Shown one piece after another: positions 24,017 through 31,307 of a DNA stretch of 32,000 bases (position 1 is the first letter of the stretch; each line of letters begins with the position of its first letter). Where the stretch lies: contig NZ_JBHSTI010000008.1 in assembly GCF_042660085.1 (NCBI RefSeq), positions 2,085,604 to 2,117,603 on the forward strand. Reading direction: 5' to 3'. The stretch is from Longivirga aurantiaca. Its GTDB lineage: Bacteria; Actinomycetota; Actinomycetes; S36-B12; CAIYMF01. Made by a program: the position numbers and the translations under genes. Below the pieces are notes generated by a model. That model was given only the letters and a program-made list of their open reading frames with translations, was not told the origin of the DNA and did not search any database.

Positions 24017-25053
24017 CCAGCTTCGCCAGCGACAACTACAGCGGCGTCCACCCCGCCGTCCTCGACGCGATCGCCGCGGCCAACGTCGGACGCGAGCCCG
24101 CCTACGGCCGCGATGCGAGCACCGTGCGCCTGCAGGAGACCTTCCGCCGCCACTTCGGCGAGCAGGCCGAGGCGTTCCCCGTCTTCAACGGCACCGGTGC
24201 CAACGTCGTCGCGCTCGCCGCGATGACCACGCGCTACGGCTCGGTCGTGTGCACGTCCACCGCGCACATCCATGTCGACGAGTGCGGCGCCCCGGAGAAG
24301 GTCGGCGGCGTCAAGCTGCTCACCATCCCGACGTACGACGGCAAGCTCACGCCCGAGCTCATCGACCTCGAGGCGCGCGGCATGGACGACGTGCACCGCG
24401 CGCAGCCGCAGGTCGTGAGCATCACGCAGACCACCGAGCTCGGCACGGCGTACACGGTCGAGGAGATCCGCACGATCTGCGACCACGCGCACTCGCTGGG
24501 CCTCTCCGTGCACCTCGACGGCGCGCGGATCGCGAACGCGGCTGCGCACCTCGGCGTGCCGCTGCGCGCGTTCACCACCGATGCCGGCGTCGACGTCGTG
24601 TCGTTCGGCGGCACGAAGAACGGCCTCATGCTCGGCGAGGCCGTCGTCGTCCTGAACCCCTCTGCCGCACCGAACCTCGACTACATCCGCAAGTCGAGCA
24701 CGCAGCTCGCGTCGAAGATGCGCTTCGTCTCCGCGCAGCTCGACGCGCTGCTCGGCACCGACCTCTGGATCGAGAACGCCTCGCACGCCAACGCGATGGC
24801 GCAGCGCCTCGCCGCCGGCCTCGAGGGCCTCGTCGAGATGCCGCGGCCCGTGCAGGCCAATGCCGTGTTCGTGCGGCTGCCGCAGGCAGTCATCGACGAC
24901 CTGCGCACGACGTACGAGTTCTACGACTGGGACGAGACGGTCGGCGAGGTGCGCTGGATGACCGCGTGGGACCACACGGCCGACGAGGTCGACGCCTTCG
25001 TGCGTGATGTGCGTGCCGCGCTCGCCCGGGCCGGGGCGCCCGTCCCCGCCTGA
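24013..25053 (+). CDS. Threonine aldolase family PLP-dependent enzyme (beta-eliminating lyase fold)
   Basis: The sequence FASDNYSGVHPAVLDAI...FNGTGANVVAL...HI.VDECGAPE...SITQTTELGT.Y...I...H..GL.VHLDGAR..NA...SFGGTKNG matches the low-specificity L-threonine aldolase family, including the PLP-lysine context GGTKNG. The GTG overlaps the upstream stop (GTGA). Confidence 0.8.
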   Translation: MTSFASDNYSGVHPAVLDAIAAANVGREPAYGRDASTVRLQETFRRHFGEQAEAFPVFNGTGANVVALAAMTTRYGSVVCTSTAHIHVDECGAPEKVGGVKLLTIPTYDGKLTPELIDLEARGMDDVHRAQPQVVSITQTTELGTAYTVEEIRTICDHAHSLGLSVHLDGARIANAAAHLGVPLRAFTTDAGVDVVSFGGTKNGLMLGEAVVVLNPSAAPNLDYIRKSSTQLASKMRFVSAQLDALLGTDLWIENASHANAMAQRLAAGLEGLVEMPRPVQANAVFVRLPQAVIDDLRTTYEFYDWDETVGEVRWMTAWDHTADEVDAFVRDVRAALARAGAPVPA

Positions 25054-25057
25054 CGGC

Positions 25058-25561
25058 TCAGGACCCGGCGGTCATCGGGCCGGTGATGCGCTGGCTCGGA
25101 TCGACGTTCTCGAGGATCGAGTCCGCGATCGCGGCCAGCTGGGCCAGCTGCTCGCGGGTCAGCCCGTCGATCACGTAGTGCCGCACGGCGTCGAGGTGGC
25201 CCGGGGCGGTGTCGACGACCTTCTCCCAGCCGTCGGCCGTGAGACGCGCGTTGGTGGCCCGCTTGTCCTGCGGGCAGGGGAACCGCTCGACGAGGCCGCG
25301 CGCCTCGAGCCGCGACACGACGTGCGAGAGCCGCGAGAGCGACGCGTTGGTGCGCTCGGCCAGGGCCGTCATGCGCAGCGTGCGGTCCTGCGCCTCGGAC
25401 AGCATCGACAGCACCCAGTACTCGAAGTGGGTCAGGTCGGCGTCGCGGCGCAGCTGCGCGTCGAGCGCCGCGGGCAGCAGCTCGACCACCGCCGCGGTGC
25501 GGATCCACGCCGCCATCTCCTCGCGGTCGAGCCATCGGGGCTGGGGCGCGCGGCTGCTCAT
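25058..25561 (-). CDS. MarR family transcriptional regulator
   Basis: I chose the start at ATG 25561. The sequence is THFEYWVLSMLSEAQDRTLRMTALAERTNASLSRLSHVVSRLEARGLVERFPCPQDKRATNARLTADG, the winged-helix MarR core. It is divergent from the NADP-oxidoreductase gene. Confidence 0.85.
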   Translation of the reverse strand: MSSRAPQPRWLDREEMAAWIRTAAVVELLPAALDAQLRRDADLTHFEYWVLSMLSEAQDRTLRMTALAERTNASLSRLSHVVSRLEARGLVERFPCPQDKRATNARLTADGWEKVVDTAPGHLDAVRHYVIDGLTREQLAQLAAIADSILENVDPSQRITGPMTAGS

Positions 25562-25581
25562 GGGCACATCGTAGCCATTAC

Positions 25582-25610
25582 TTGACGGAACAACCATTCC
25601 CCTCTACGGT
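25582..25610 (+). promoter_or_regulatory. Candidate promoter plus MarR operator region
   Basis: TTGACG (25582-25587), a 17-nt spacer and TACGGT (25605-25610). The direct repeat TTACTTGA occurs at 25578 and 25612, and the inverted repeat CTTGaagcgaCAAG lies at 25615-25628, near the predicted transcription start. Confidence 0.4.
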
Positions 25611-25658
25611 GTTACTTGAAGCGACAAGCAAAGCCACTCACCTCTCAGGGAGCACCTC

Positions 25659-26234
25659 ATGGCCAGCATCACCATCATCGGCAAGGGCAACATCGGCTCG
25701 GCCGTCGCCACGATCGCCGCCAAGGGCGGGCACGACGTCCAGGTCCTCGACACCGACACCCCCGACACCGCCATCACCGGCGATGTCGTCGTCCTCGCGG
25801 TCCCGCACCCGGCCGTCGCCGAGATCATCGGCGCGCGCGGCGAGCAGCTCGCCGGCAAGATCGTCGTCGACCCGACCAACCCCGTGAACTTCGAGACCTT
25901 CGACGGCCTCGTCGTGCCGGCCGACTCGTCCAAGGCCGCCGAGATCGCCGCCGCGCTGCCCGACTCGAAGGTCGTCAAGGCGTTCAACACCAACTTCGCG
26001 GCCACGCTCGTCTCCGGCACGGTCGGCACAGACCCCACCACCGTGCTGCTCGCTGGCGACGACGCCGACGCGAAGGCCGCGGTCGCGGCGATCGTCGCCG
26101 ACGGCGGCCTCGCGGTCATCGACGCCGGGTCGCTCAAGCGCGCCCGTGAGCTCGAGGCCGTCGGCTTCCTGCAGATCACCCTGGCCGCAGCCGAGAAGAC
26201 CAGCTGGGTCGGCGGCTTCGCCGTCGTCGCCTGA
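25659..26234 (+). CDS. NADP oxidoreductase, coenzyme F420-dependent family (NADPH-dependent F420 reductase-like)
   Basis: The N-terminus MASITIIGKGNIGSAVATIAAKGGHDV is a GxGxxG Rossmann motif. The sequence VVLAVPHPAV...GKIVVDPTNP...VVKAFN is typical of PF03807-type reductases. The RBS is GGGAG. Confidence 0.8.
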   Translation: MASITIIGKGNIGSAVATIAAKGGHDVQVLDTDTPDTAITGDVVVLAVPHPAVAEIIGARGEQLAGKIVVDPTNPVNFETFDGLVVPADSSKAAEIAAALPDSKVVKAFNTNFAATLVSGTVGTDPTTVLLAGDDADAKAAVAAIVADGGLAVIDAGSLKRARELEAVGFLQITLAAAEKTSWVGGFAVVA

Positions 26235-26250
26235 CGCAGCACCGCACGCA

Positions 26251-26292
26251 CGAAGGGCGGGCCAGGACCTCACGGTCCTGGCCCGCCCTTCG
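26251..26292. terminator. Bidirectional intrinsic terminator hairpin between convergent genes
   Basis: There is a perfect 19-bp stem, cgaagggcgggccaggacc (26251-26269) pairing with ggtcctggcccgcccttcg (26274-26292), and loop tcac. It sits between the stop at 26234 (+) and the stop at 26318 (-). Confidence 0.75.
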
Positions 26293-26317
26293 TGCTAGAG
26301 GCGTGCTCCCCTCGACG

Positions 26318-28723
26318 TCACTTCGTCGAGGTGAGCTTCACCCACATCGACGTCTTGTTCTGGTTGATCACACGGATCCTGACGCCGGCGTTGGGCACCT
26401 TCACGCCCGCACCCGGAGCCTCCGCGTACCAGTAGGTGCGGCTGTCGTCGAAGACTGGCTGCGCCTTCTGGCTCTTGATCTTGTTGAGCTCGCTGTTCAG
26501 GTGCAGGTAGAGCGCGTCCGTGCGCTGCACCGAGAACGGGGCGTCGTACACCTGCACGCGACCACGCCACGGCGTGCCGTCGTTGCGGAGCAGGGGCACG
26601 GGGTGCGAGTCGATCGGGAGGATCAGGCCCTCGCCGGGGTGCTCGCTCTTGTTGTTGTCGTTGAACGAGGTGTCCCAGTACGAGATGAGCAGGCCGTCCT
26701 GGTACGGGAAGTGCTCGACCTTGTTGGTGTTCACGTCGTTGAACCCGAAGTTGTACGGACCCGTCTTCAGGTAGACGTCGTACGACGTGTACGCGCGGTA
26801 CGAGGCGATGTAGTAGTGGTTGTACGGCGCGGTCGAGGAGGCACCGACGGCCGCGAAGCCGTCCGAGGTCCAGCCGTTGTCGCCGCTCTCGGCACCGTCC
26901 GAGAACACCGTGTTCGCACCGGCGGTGACGGCGATGTCGTCGGCGAAGAAGCCGATCCCACCGACGGCGCCGTCGGTCGCGTAGCGGAAGCGCAGGTCGA
27001 CCGTCTTGCCGGCGTACGCCGACAGGTCCACCGTCGCCGGCACCCAGGCTCCGTTCGAGGAGCCGTCGATGCCGTTGTTCTCCGCAGGCTGGGTGACGCC
27101 GGCAGCGGGCAGCGACTTGAAGCCGGTGCCGTCGTCGACCTCGATGTACGCGTAGTCGCACGGGGTGTCGCCGCAGTCCTCGACGTCCCAGTTGGCCTGG
27201 AACGTGAGGGTCGCCGCCGGGCTGGCGGGCACCGCGACCGAGCGGGTGAGCGTGTTGTTCAGGTCGTCACCCGATCCCGACCACCAGGAGCTCGCACCCG
27301 ACTTCGGCGGCACGAGATCGATCGTGACGTCCTTCGGCGGGAGCACCACGATGAGCGACTGCGGCAGCGCGGTGTTGTACTCATGCGGGCCGAGCTTCAG
27401 GGTCGTGGTGTCGCCTGCGAAGGCGACCCGGTAGTCGAGCCACCCCAGCTGGAGCTTGTCCCAGGCCGAGAGGTCGGCAGAGCGGGTGCCGATGCCCTGG
27501 TCGCCCGGCTTCCACACACGGCTCTGGGCCATGAGGGTCCACCAGTCGACGCCGTTGTCGCCGCCGCCCGCCGTGTCGTAGTGGTCCGGCAGACCGAGGT
27601 CGTGGCCGTACTCGTGCGTGAAGACCGACAGGCCGCCGTTCTCGGGCTGGATGGTGTAGTCGCCGATCCAGACGCCGGTCTCGCCGATCTGGGTGCCGCC
27701 GAGCGGCGCGGCCGCGGGGCCGTCACCCTCGGAGCCGTCGAAGAAGGCGTACCAGCGGTGGCTCCAGATGGCGTCCTCACCCTGGTACGGGTCGCCATCG
27801 GCCTCGTCGCCACCGGCGTGCACGATCTGGAAGTGGTCGATGTAGCCGTCGGCCTCGTTGAAGTTGCCGTCGCCGTCCGCGTCGTAGCGGTCCCACTGGT
27901 CGAAGGTCGCGAGCTCGGCGGCGATGTCCGCGTCGCTGCGGCCGGCGGCCTTCTGGTCAGCGACCCACTGGTCGGCGGCGTCGCGGATGAGGGCCCAGGT
28001 GTTCGTGCAGACGATGTCGCCGCAGTCGTTGCGACCGTAGCGGGCCTCGTTGTACTTCACCTTCACCCAGTTGCTGACGGTGCCGTCGACGCTGTAGCGG
28101 CCCGAGCTCTGGCGCTGGTAGTAGGTCTTGAGCGACTCGACCCCGTACCCGGTGCCGAAGTACATCTTCTGGAAGAACGCCTGGTTGGAGTCCGCCTGCC
28201 AGACCGTGGAGTTGTCGGACGTCGCCGGCTTGGGGATCTGGTTGTGCAGCGGGCCGTCGAAGACGGTCGGCCCGGGGGTGTCGGGGTCGGAGTCGACGTC
28301 GGGGTACGCCGGGTCACGGTCGTTGCCGAACTCGGCGAGGATCACGAAGATCTTGTCCGTCGTCTCGCGCGCGAGCTCGACGTAGTTGTGGGTCCTGTTG
28401 ACGCTGTACCCGGACGACGCGCGCCGCGACGACGCGTTCGCCGCGGTGGCCGACGCTCCTGGGCCGAGGTCGACGACGGTGCTGCCGCCCCGCTGCACCG
28501 GAGTCGCCGTGCCGTCCAGGACCGCCTGCAGAGCGGCCTGGCGCTCGGCGCGACGCTTGTCCTCGAGCGGGTTCGGCAGATCATGGTTCTGGCCCTTGGC
28601 CGTGGACACCGCGGACGGTGCCTTGGCCCCGTCGGTCGATACGGCACTCGCTGCTGCTCCACCGGTGGCGATGCTTCCGCACACCAGGGCGAGCCCCAGG
28701 AGCCCCACTACGGGTCGACGCAC
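26318..28723 (-). CDS. Secreted M6-family metalloprotease (immune inhibitor A / InhA-like)
   Basis: This is an 801-aa ORF. The signal peptide is MRRPVVGLLGLALVCGSIATGGAAASA. The zinc motif is FTHEYGHDLGLPDHYD (HExxHxxGxxD, typical of M6). The GTG start is preceded by GGGGAGGGAAGA. Confidence 0.9.
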   Translation of the reverse strand: MRRPVVGLLGLALVCGSIATGGAAASAVSTDGAKAPSAVSTAKGQNHDLPNPLEDKRRAERQAALQAVLDGTATPVQRGGSTVVDLGPGASATAANASSRRASSGYSVNRTHNYVELARETTDKIFVILAEFGNDRDPAYPDVDSDPDTPGPTVFDGPLHNQIPKPATSDNSTVWQADSNQAFFQKMYFGTGYGVESLKTYYQRQSSGRYSVDGTVSNWVKVKYNEARYGRNDCGDIVCTNTWALIRDAADQWVADQKAAGRSDADIAAELATFDQWDRYDADGDGNFNEADGYIDHFQIVHAGGDEADGDPYQGEDAIWSHRWYAFFDGSEGDGPAAAPLGGTQIGETGVWIGDYTIQPENGGLSVFTHEYGHDLGLPDHYDTAGGGDNGVDWWTLMAQSRVWKPGDQGIGTRSADLSAWDKLQLGWLDYRVAFAGDTTTLKLGPHEYNTALPQSLIVVLPPKDVTIDLVPPKSGASSWWSGSGDDLNNTLTRSVAVPASPAATLTFQANWDVEDCGDTPCDYAYIEVDDGTGFKSLPAAGVTQPAENNGIDGSSNGAWVPATVDLSAYAGKTVDLRFRYATDGAVGGIGFFADDIAVTAGANTVFSDGAESGDNGWTSDGFAAVGASSTAPYNHYYIASYRAYTSYDVYLKTGPYNFGFNDVNTNKVEHFPYQDGLLISYWDTSFNDNNKSEHPGEGLILPIDSHPVPLLRNDGTPWRGRVQVYDAPFSVQRTDALYLHLNSELNKIKSQKAQPVFDDSRTYWYAEAPGAGVKVPNAGVRIRVINQNKTSMWVKLTSTK

Positions 28724-28836
28724 TCTTCCCTCCCCAATTTCGGCCGGGCCGCGATGCGCCCCGGCGCAAACATGGCCACGGAGATCGTCCGTGGTCCACG
28801 CGGCAACCTAGGTGCCGGTGATGACCGCTGCCAGCA

Positions 28837-28938
28837 CTTCGGGTCACGTTTTCGCGGCGGTGGCCGCGTGTGACCGTAGATCCTCCGGCCAGGTGACCAT
28901 GGACCACCGAGAATTGCGGAACTGCCCTTCGGGTCACG
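28837..28938. repeat. Two copies of the 12-mer CTTCGGGTCACG, 90 bp apart, in the protease upstream region
   Basis: Exact copies lie at 28837-28848 and 28927-28938. Several GGTCAC/GTGACC half-sites and small hairpins (28775-28793, 28938-28954) lie nearby. Confidence 0.85.
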
Positions 28939-29020
28939 GACGGCGACCGTCCGGCCAGCGGTGATCGTCGCCCCGACAGGGCTGAGGACCGTGTTCATCT
29001 TCGGGGGCTAGCGTCGAGTC

Positions 29021-29218
29021 ATGGCGAAGTTGAGCAAGTCCGAGGCACTGGCGGAGTGGCGTGAGGCCGAGGACCGGTACCGCGCCGTCCTCGAGGTCTA
29101 CCTGACCGACGGCGGCGACAAGGCGCGCATCGACAAGGACGCGGCGGTCAGGATCGCGAAGGCCCGGGCGAAGGCCGACAAGCGGCTCGACGCCTGCCTG
29201 CACCGCCTCCTCGACTGA
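29021..29218 (+). CDS. Hypothetical small helical protein (65 aa)
   Basis: The sequence is MAKLSKSEALAEWREAEDRYRAVLEVYLTDGGDKARIDKDAAVRIAKARAKADKRLDACLHRLLD. GC3 is very high and the sequence is charged and helical. The RBS is weak. Confidence 0.6.
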   Translation: MAKLSKSEALAEWREAEDRYRAVLEVYLTDGGDKARIDKDAAVRIAKARAKADKRLDACLHRLLD

Positions 29219-29292
29219 GCCCGCCGCATCGTCGACCGCGTCGGTGTCGGGTTGGTGCCAGGGTCGGGGTCGCGCCCGGACGAGTCGCAGCA

Positions 29293-29316
29293 GAAGTCGT
29301 GTGTCACAACGACTTC
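29293..29316. terminator. Hairpin immediately 3' of tRNA-Met and downstream of the 65-aa gene
   Basis: gaagtcgt (29293-29300) pairs with acgacttc (29309-29316) around loop gtgtcaca. On the minus strand it directly follows the tRNA 3' end. Confidence 0.4.
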
Positions 29317-29318
29317 CG

Positions 29319-29393
29319 TGGGGCGGGTGGGGCTCGAACCCACGACCTGACGGATTATGAGTCCGCTGCTCTGACCAGCTGAGCTACCGCCCC
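29319..29393 (-). tRNA. tRNA with CAU anticodon (elongator tRNA-Met; tRNA-Ile2 with lysidine cannot be excluded)
   Basis: The minus-strand sequence is GGGGCGGTAGCTCAGCTGGTCAGAGCAGCGGACTCATAATCCGTCAGGTCGTGGGTTCGAGCCCCACCCGCCCCA. The acceptor stem is GGGGCGG/CCGCCCC, the D arm GCTC/GAGC, the anticodon loop CTCATAA, and the T arm GTGGG-TTCGAGC-CCCAC. No CCA is encoded. The variable region appears to be 6 nt. It lacks initiator features (1:72 is paired and the anticodon stem has no GGG/CCC). Confidence 0.85.
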
Positions 29394-29485
29394 GGCCGGA
29401 GCAGCCTAGTAAGGACCAGGCACCAGCTGGGTGACGTGCGCCGTTGACCTCGCAACCAGGCGCCCTCCGCACCTAGCCTCGGGGC

Positions 29486-30606
29486 GTGCACGAGGGGGAT
29501 CGCCGCCGCGCCGGGCGCGCCGCACGCACGCCTGACGTGCGCGGCGAGCTCGTGCGCCGCTCCGCCCTCGCGTCCCGGTCGATCCTCCTCATCGGTCCGC
29601 CCGCTGCGCTCACGCTGGCGTTGCTCACACCGGACGTCGACCTCACCCGGGCCGTGCTGTTCGTGGTTCTGGAGACCGCCACGATCGCGCTCGCGATCCT
29701 CGCTCTCACGGCCCTGCTCCGCGCGCTCGTCCGCGAGCCCCGCAGCGCGACCACCGTGCCCTCCGTGGTGGCGCTGCTGCTGTCGGCGGCCATGTGGCCC
29801 GCGTCCTTCCTTCTCCTGCAGCCGTCGGACCCCCAGGGGGCCTACCTCGGCATCACCTTCTGCATCGCCGCGGCCGCGACGTCGTTGACCGCGACGTCGG
29901 CGTACCGGCCGTTCTTCCTCGCGCTCACCCTGGGCAACCTCGTCCCGATGACGACCATGGTGCTGATCGGCAAGGTGCCCGGTGTGTCCCCCGCGCTGGC
30001 CGTGATCGGGGTCATCTTCATCGGCGCGCTGTTCGTGAGCTTCGAGCAGTCGCACCGCACCATCCTCGAGGCCGTCGGCGCCCGCGTGGTCGAGGAGGGG
30101 CTGTCCGAGCAGCTGTACGAGGCCAACGCACGGCTCGTCCACCGCGCCACCCACGACGACCTCACCGGCCTCGCCAACCGGGCGCTGTTCCGCGACGTCC
30201 TCGAGCGCCGCATCCAGGCCGTGCACGTCGGATCCCGTGAGCTTGCGCTGCTCTATCTCGACCTCGACCGGTTCAAGGTCATCAACGACTCGCTCGGCCA
30301 CGCCGAGGGCGACGCGCTCCTGCGCGCAGCCTCCGAGCGGCTGCGCAGCGTCGTACGCGGCGACGACTCGCAGTGGTGGCATCGGTCGCCGCGCTCGGCC
30401 GGCGCCTGGGGCTGCACGTCACCGCCGAGGGGGTCGAGACCCAGGCGGAGCTCGACGCCGTGGTCGCCGAGGGTGTGAGCACCATCCAGGGCTACCTGTT
30501 CTCCCCGCCGGTCAGCGGCGAGGTGCTGCTCGGCTGGCTGCGCGACGGGCCGCCCTGGCTCACCGTCGACCCCGTTGGGACCGCGCTCCGTCGCCGCCAC
30601 GACTGA
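29486..30606 (+). pseudogene. Membrane-anchored GGDEF-EAL protein with a large internal deletion and frame change (junction ~30362-30378)
   Basis: The track ORF 29486-30478 has about 6 TM segments followed by the start of a GGDEF domain (ATHDDLTGLANRALF...LALLYLDLDRFKVINDSLGHAEGDALLRAASERLRSVVRGDD). It breaks off before the GG(D/E)EF motif. A different frame (30373-30606) then reads the extreme C-terminus of an EAL domain (VASVAALGRRLGLHVTAEGVETQAELDAVVAEGVSTIQGYLFSPPVS). Confidence 0.7.
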
Positions 30607-30618
30607 CCCTGGGCAGCG

Positions 30619-30650
30619 CGAAGGCGCCACCCCGGAGGATGGCGCCTTCG
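30619..30650. terminator. Hairpin between the GGDEF-EAL remnant and tRNA-Asn
   Basis: cgaaggcgcca (30619-30629) pairs with tggcgccttcg (30640-30650) in an 11-bp perfect stem with a 10-nt loop. Confidence 0.55.
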
Positions 30651-30657
30651 TCGTCTG

Positions 30658-30729
30658 CTCCCGCGTCTGGATTCGAACCAGAAACCGCCCGATTAACAGT
30701 CGGGAGCTCTGCCGTTGAGCTACGCGGGA
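30658..30729 (-). tRNA. tRNA-Asn (GUU)
   Basis: The minus-strand sequence is TCCCGCGTAGCTCAACGGCAGAGCTCCCGACTGTTAATCGGGCGGTTTCTGGTTCGAATCCAGACGCGGGAG. It folds as a full cloverleaf: acceptor TCCCGCG/CGCGGGA, anticodon stem CCCGA/TCGGG, loop CTGTTAA, T arm TCTGG-TTCGAAT-CCAGA. It is 72 nt and no CCA is encoded. Confidence 0.92.
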
Positions 30730-30821
30730 TGGTGCACGGCTCGCCCGATCCCTCGGTGGAGCAGCCCGAGGAGGATAGCAAGACCGGAGGGCCCGACCGA
30801 AATCGAGTGCAGCCGGGCGGG

Positions 30822-31307
30822 TCACACGCCGAGCGAGGCCCGCAGCTCGGCCAGGGCGGCGTCCGCCCGGGCGCGGAGCTCGGGGTCGCGGCGGTCGAGG
30901 CCGGCGTCGAACACCACCGACCAGCGGAGGTCGGCGGAGCCGGGCACCCGGCGCGCGACGACCCGTGCGCCCTGCGTGCCCGACAGCGTCACGTGGTCCT
31001 GCACGACGATGCTGGCGTTGACCCGCTCGCGCACCACCCCGGCGAGCACGTCGGGAGCCCCGGTGAACGGCACCTGCACCAGCTTCGGTCGACCGCCCGG
31101 CCCGTCCTGCGCCGTGAGGTCGAGGACGCCCTCGGCCCACTGGGCGCGCAGCACGAGGTCCCACGGCACCCGCACCGGGTCGCTGCCCTCGGGCAGGACG
31201 AGCGCCAGCTCGGTGGCGACGACGCTGGAGGCCCCGCTCGGGAGCCACGCCAGCACGCGGTCTCCCCCGGCCCGGGCCTTCACCTCCGGCGGCGTACGGA
31301 ACCTCAC
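30822..31307 (-). CDS. Conserved hypothetical protein (161 aa) downstream of dnaG
   Basis: GTG 31307 overlaps the dnaG stop (GTGA). The sequence is VRFRTPPEVKARAGGDRVLAWLPSGASSVVATELALVLPEGSDPVRVPWDLVLRAQWAEGVLDL... with good GC3. The order dnaG, small hypothetical, tRNA-Asn is a common actinobacterial arrangement. The track ORF extends upstream out of the real gene. Confidence 0.7.
   Translation of the reverse strand: MRFRTPPEVKARAGGDRVLAWLPSGASSVVATELALVLPEGSDPVRVPWDLVLRAQWAEGVLDLTAQDGPGGRPKLVQVPFTGAPDVLAGVVRERVNASIVVQDHVTLSGTQGARVVARRVPGSADLRWSVVFDAGLDRRDPELRARADAALAELRASLGV

Noticed and set aside
28724-29020. A riboswitch (for example c-di-GMP or c-di-AMP class) or a known sRNA in the protease leader.
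   Set aside because: I could not find the conserved core sequences of the classes I know (GEMM-I, ydaO, glycine, SAM, 6C). Only generic small hairpins and direct repeats are present.
29219-30822. The tRNA-Met to tRNA-Asn interval as an integrated genomic island.
   Set aside because: There is no integrase or recombinase. No direct repeat of either tRNA 3' end occurs elsewhere in the window. The only cargo is the decayed GGDEF-EAL gene.
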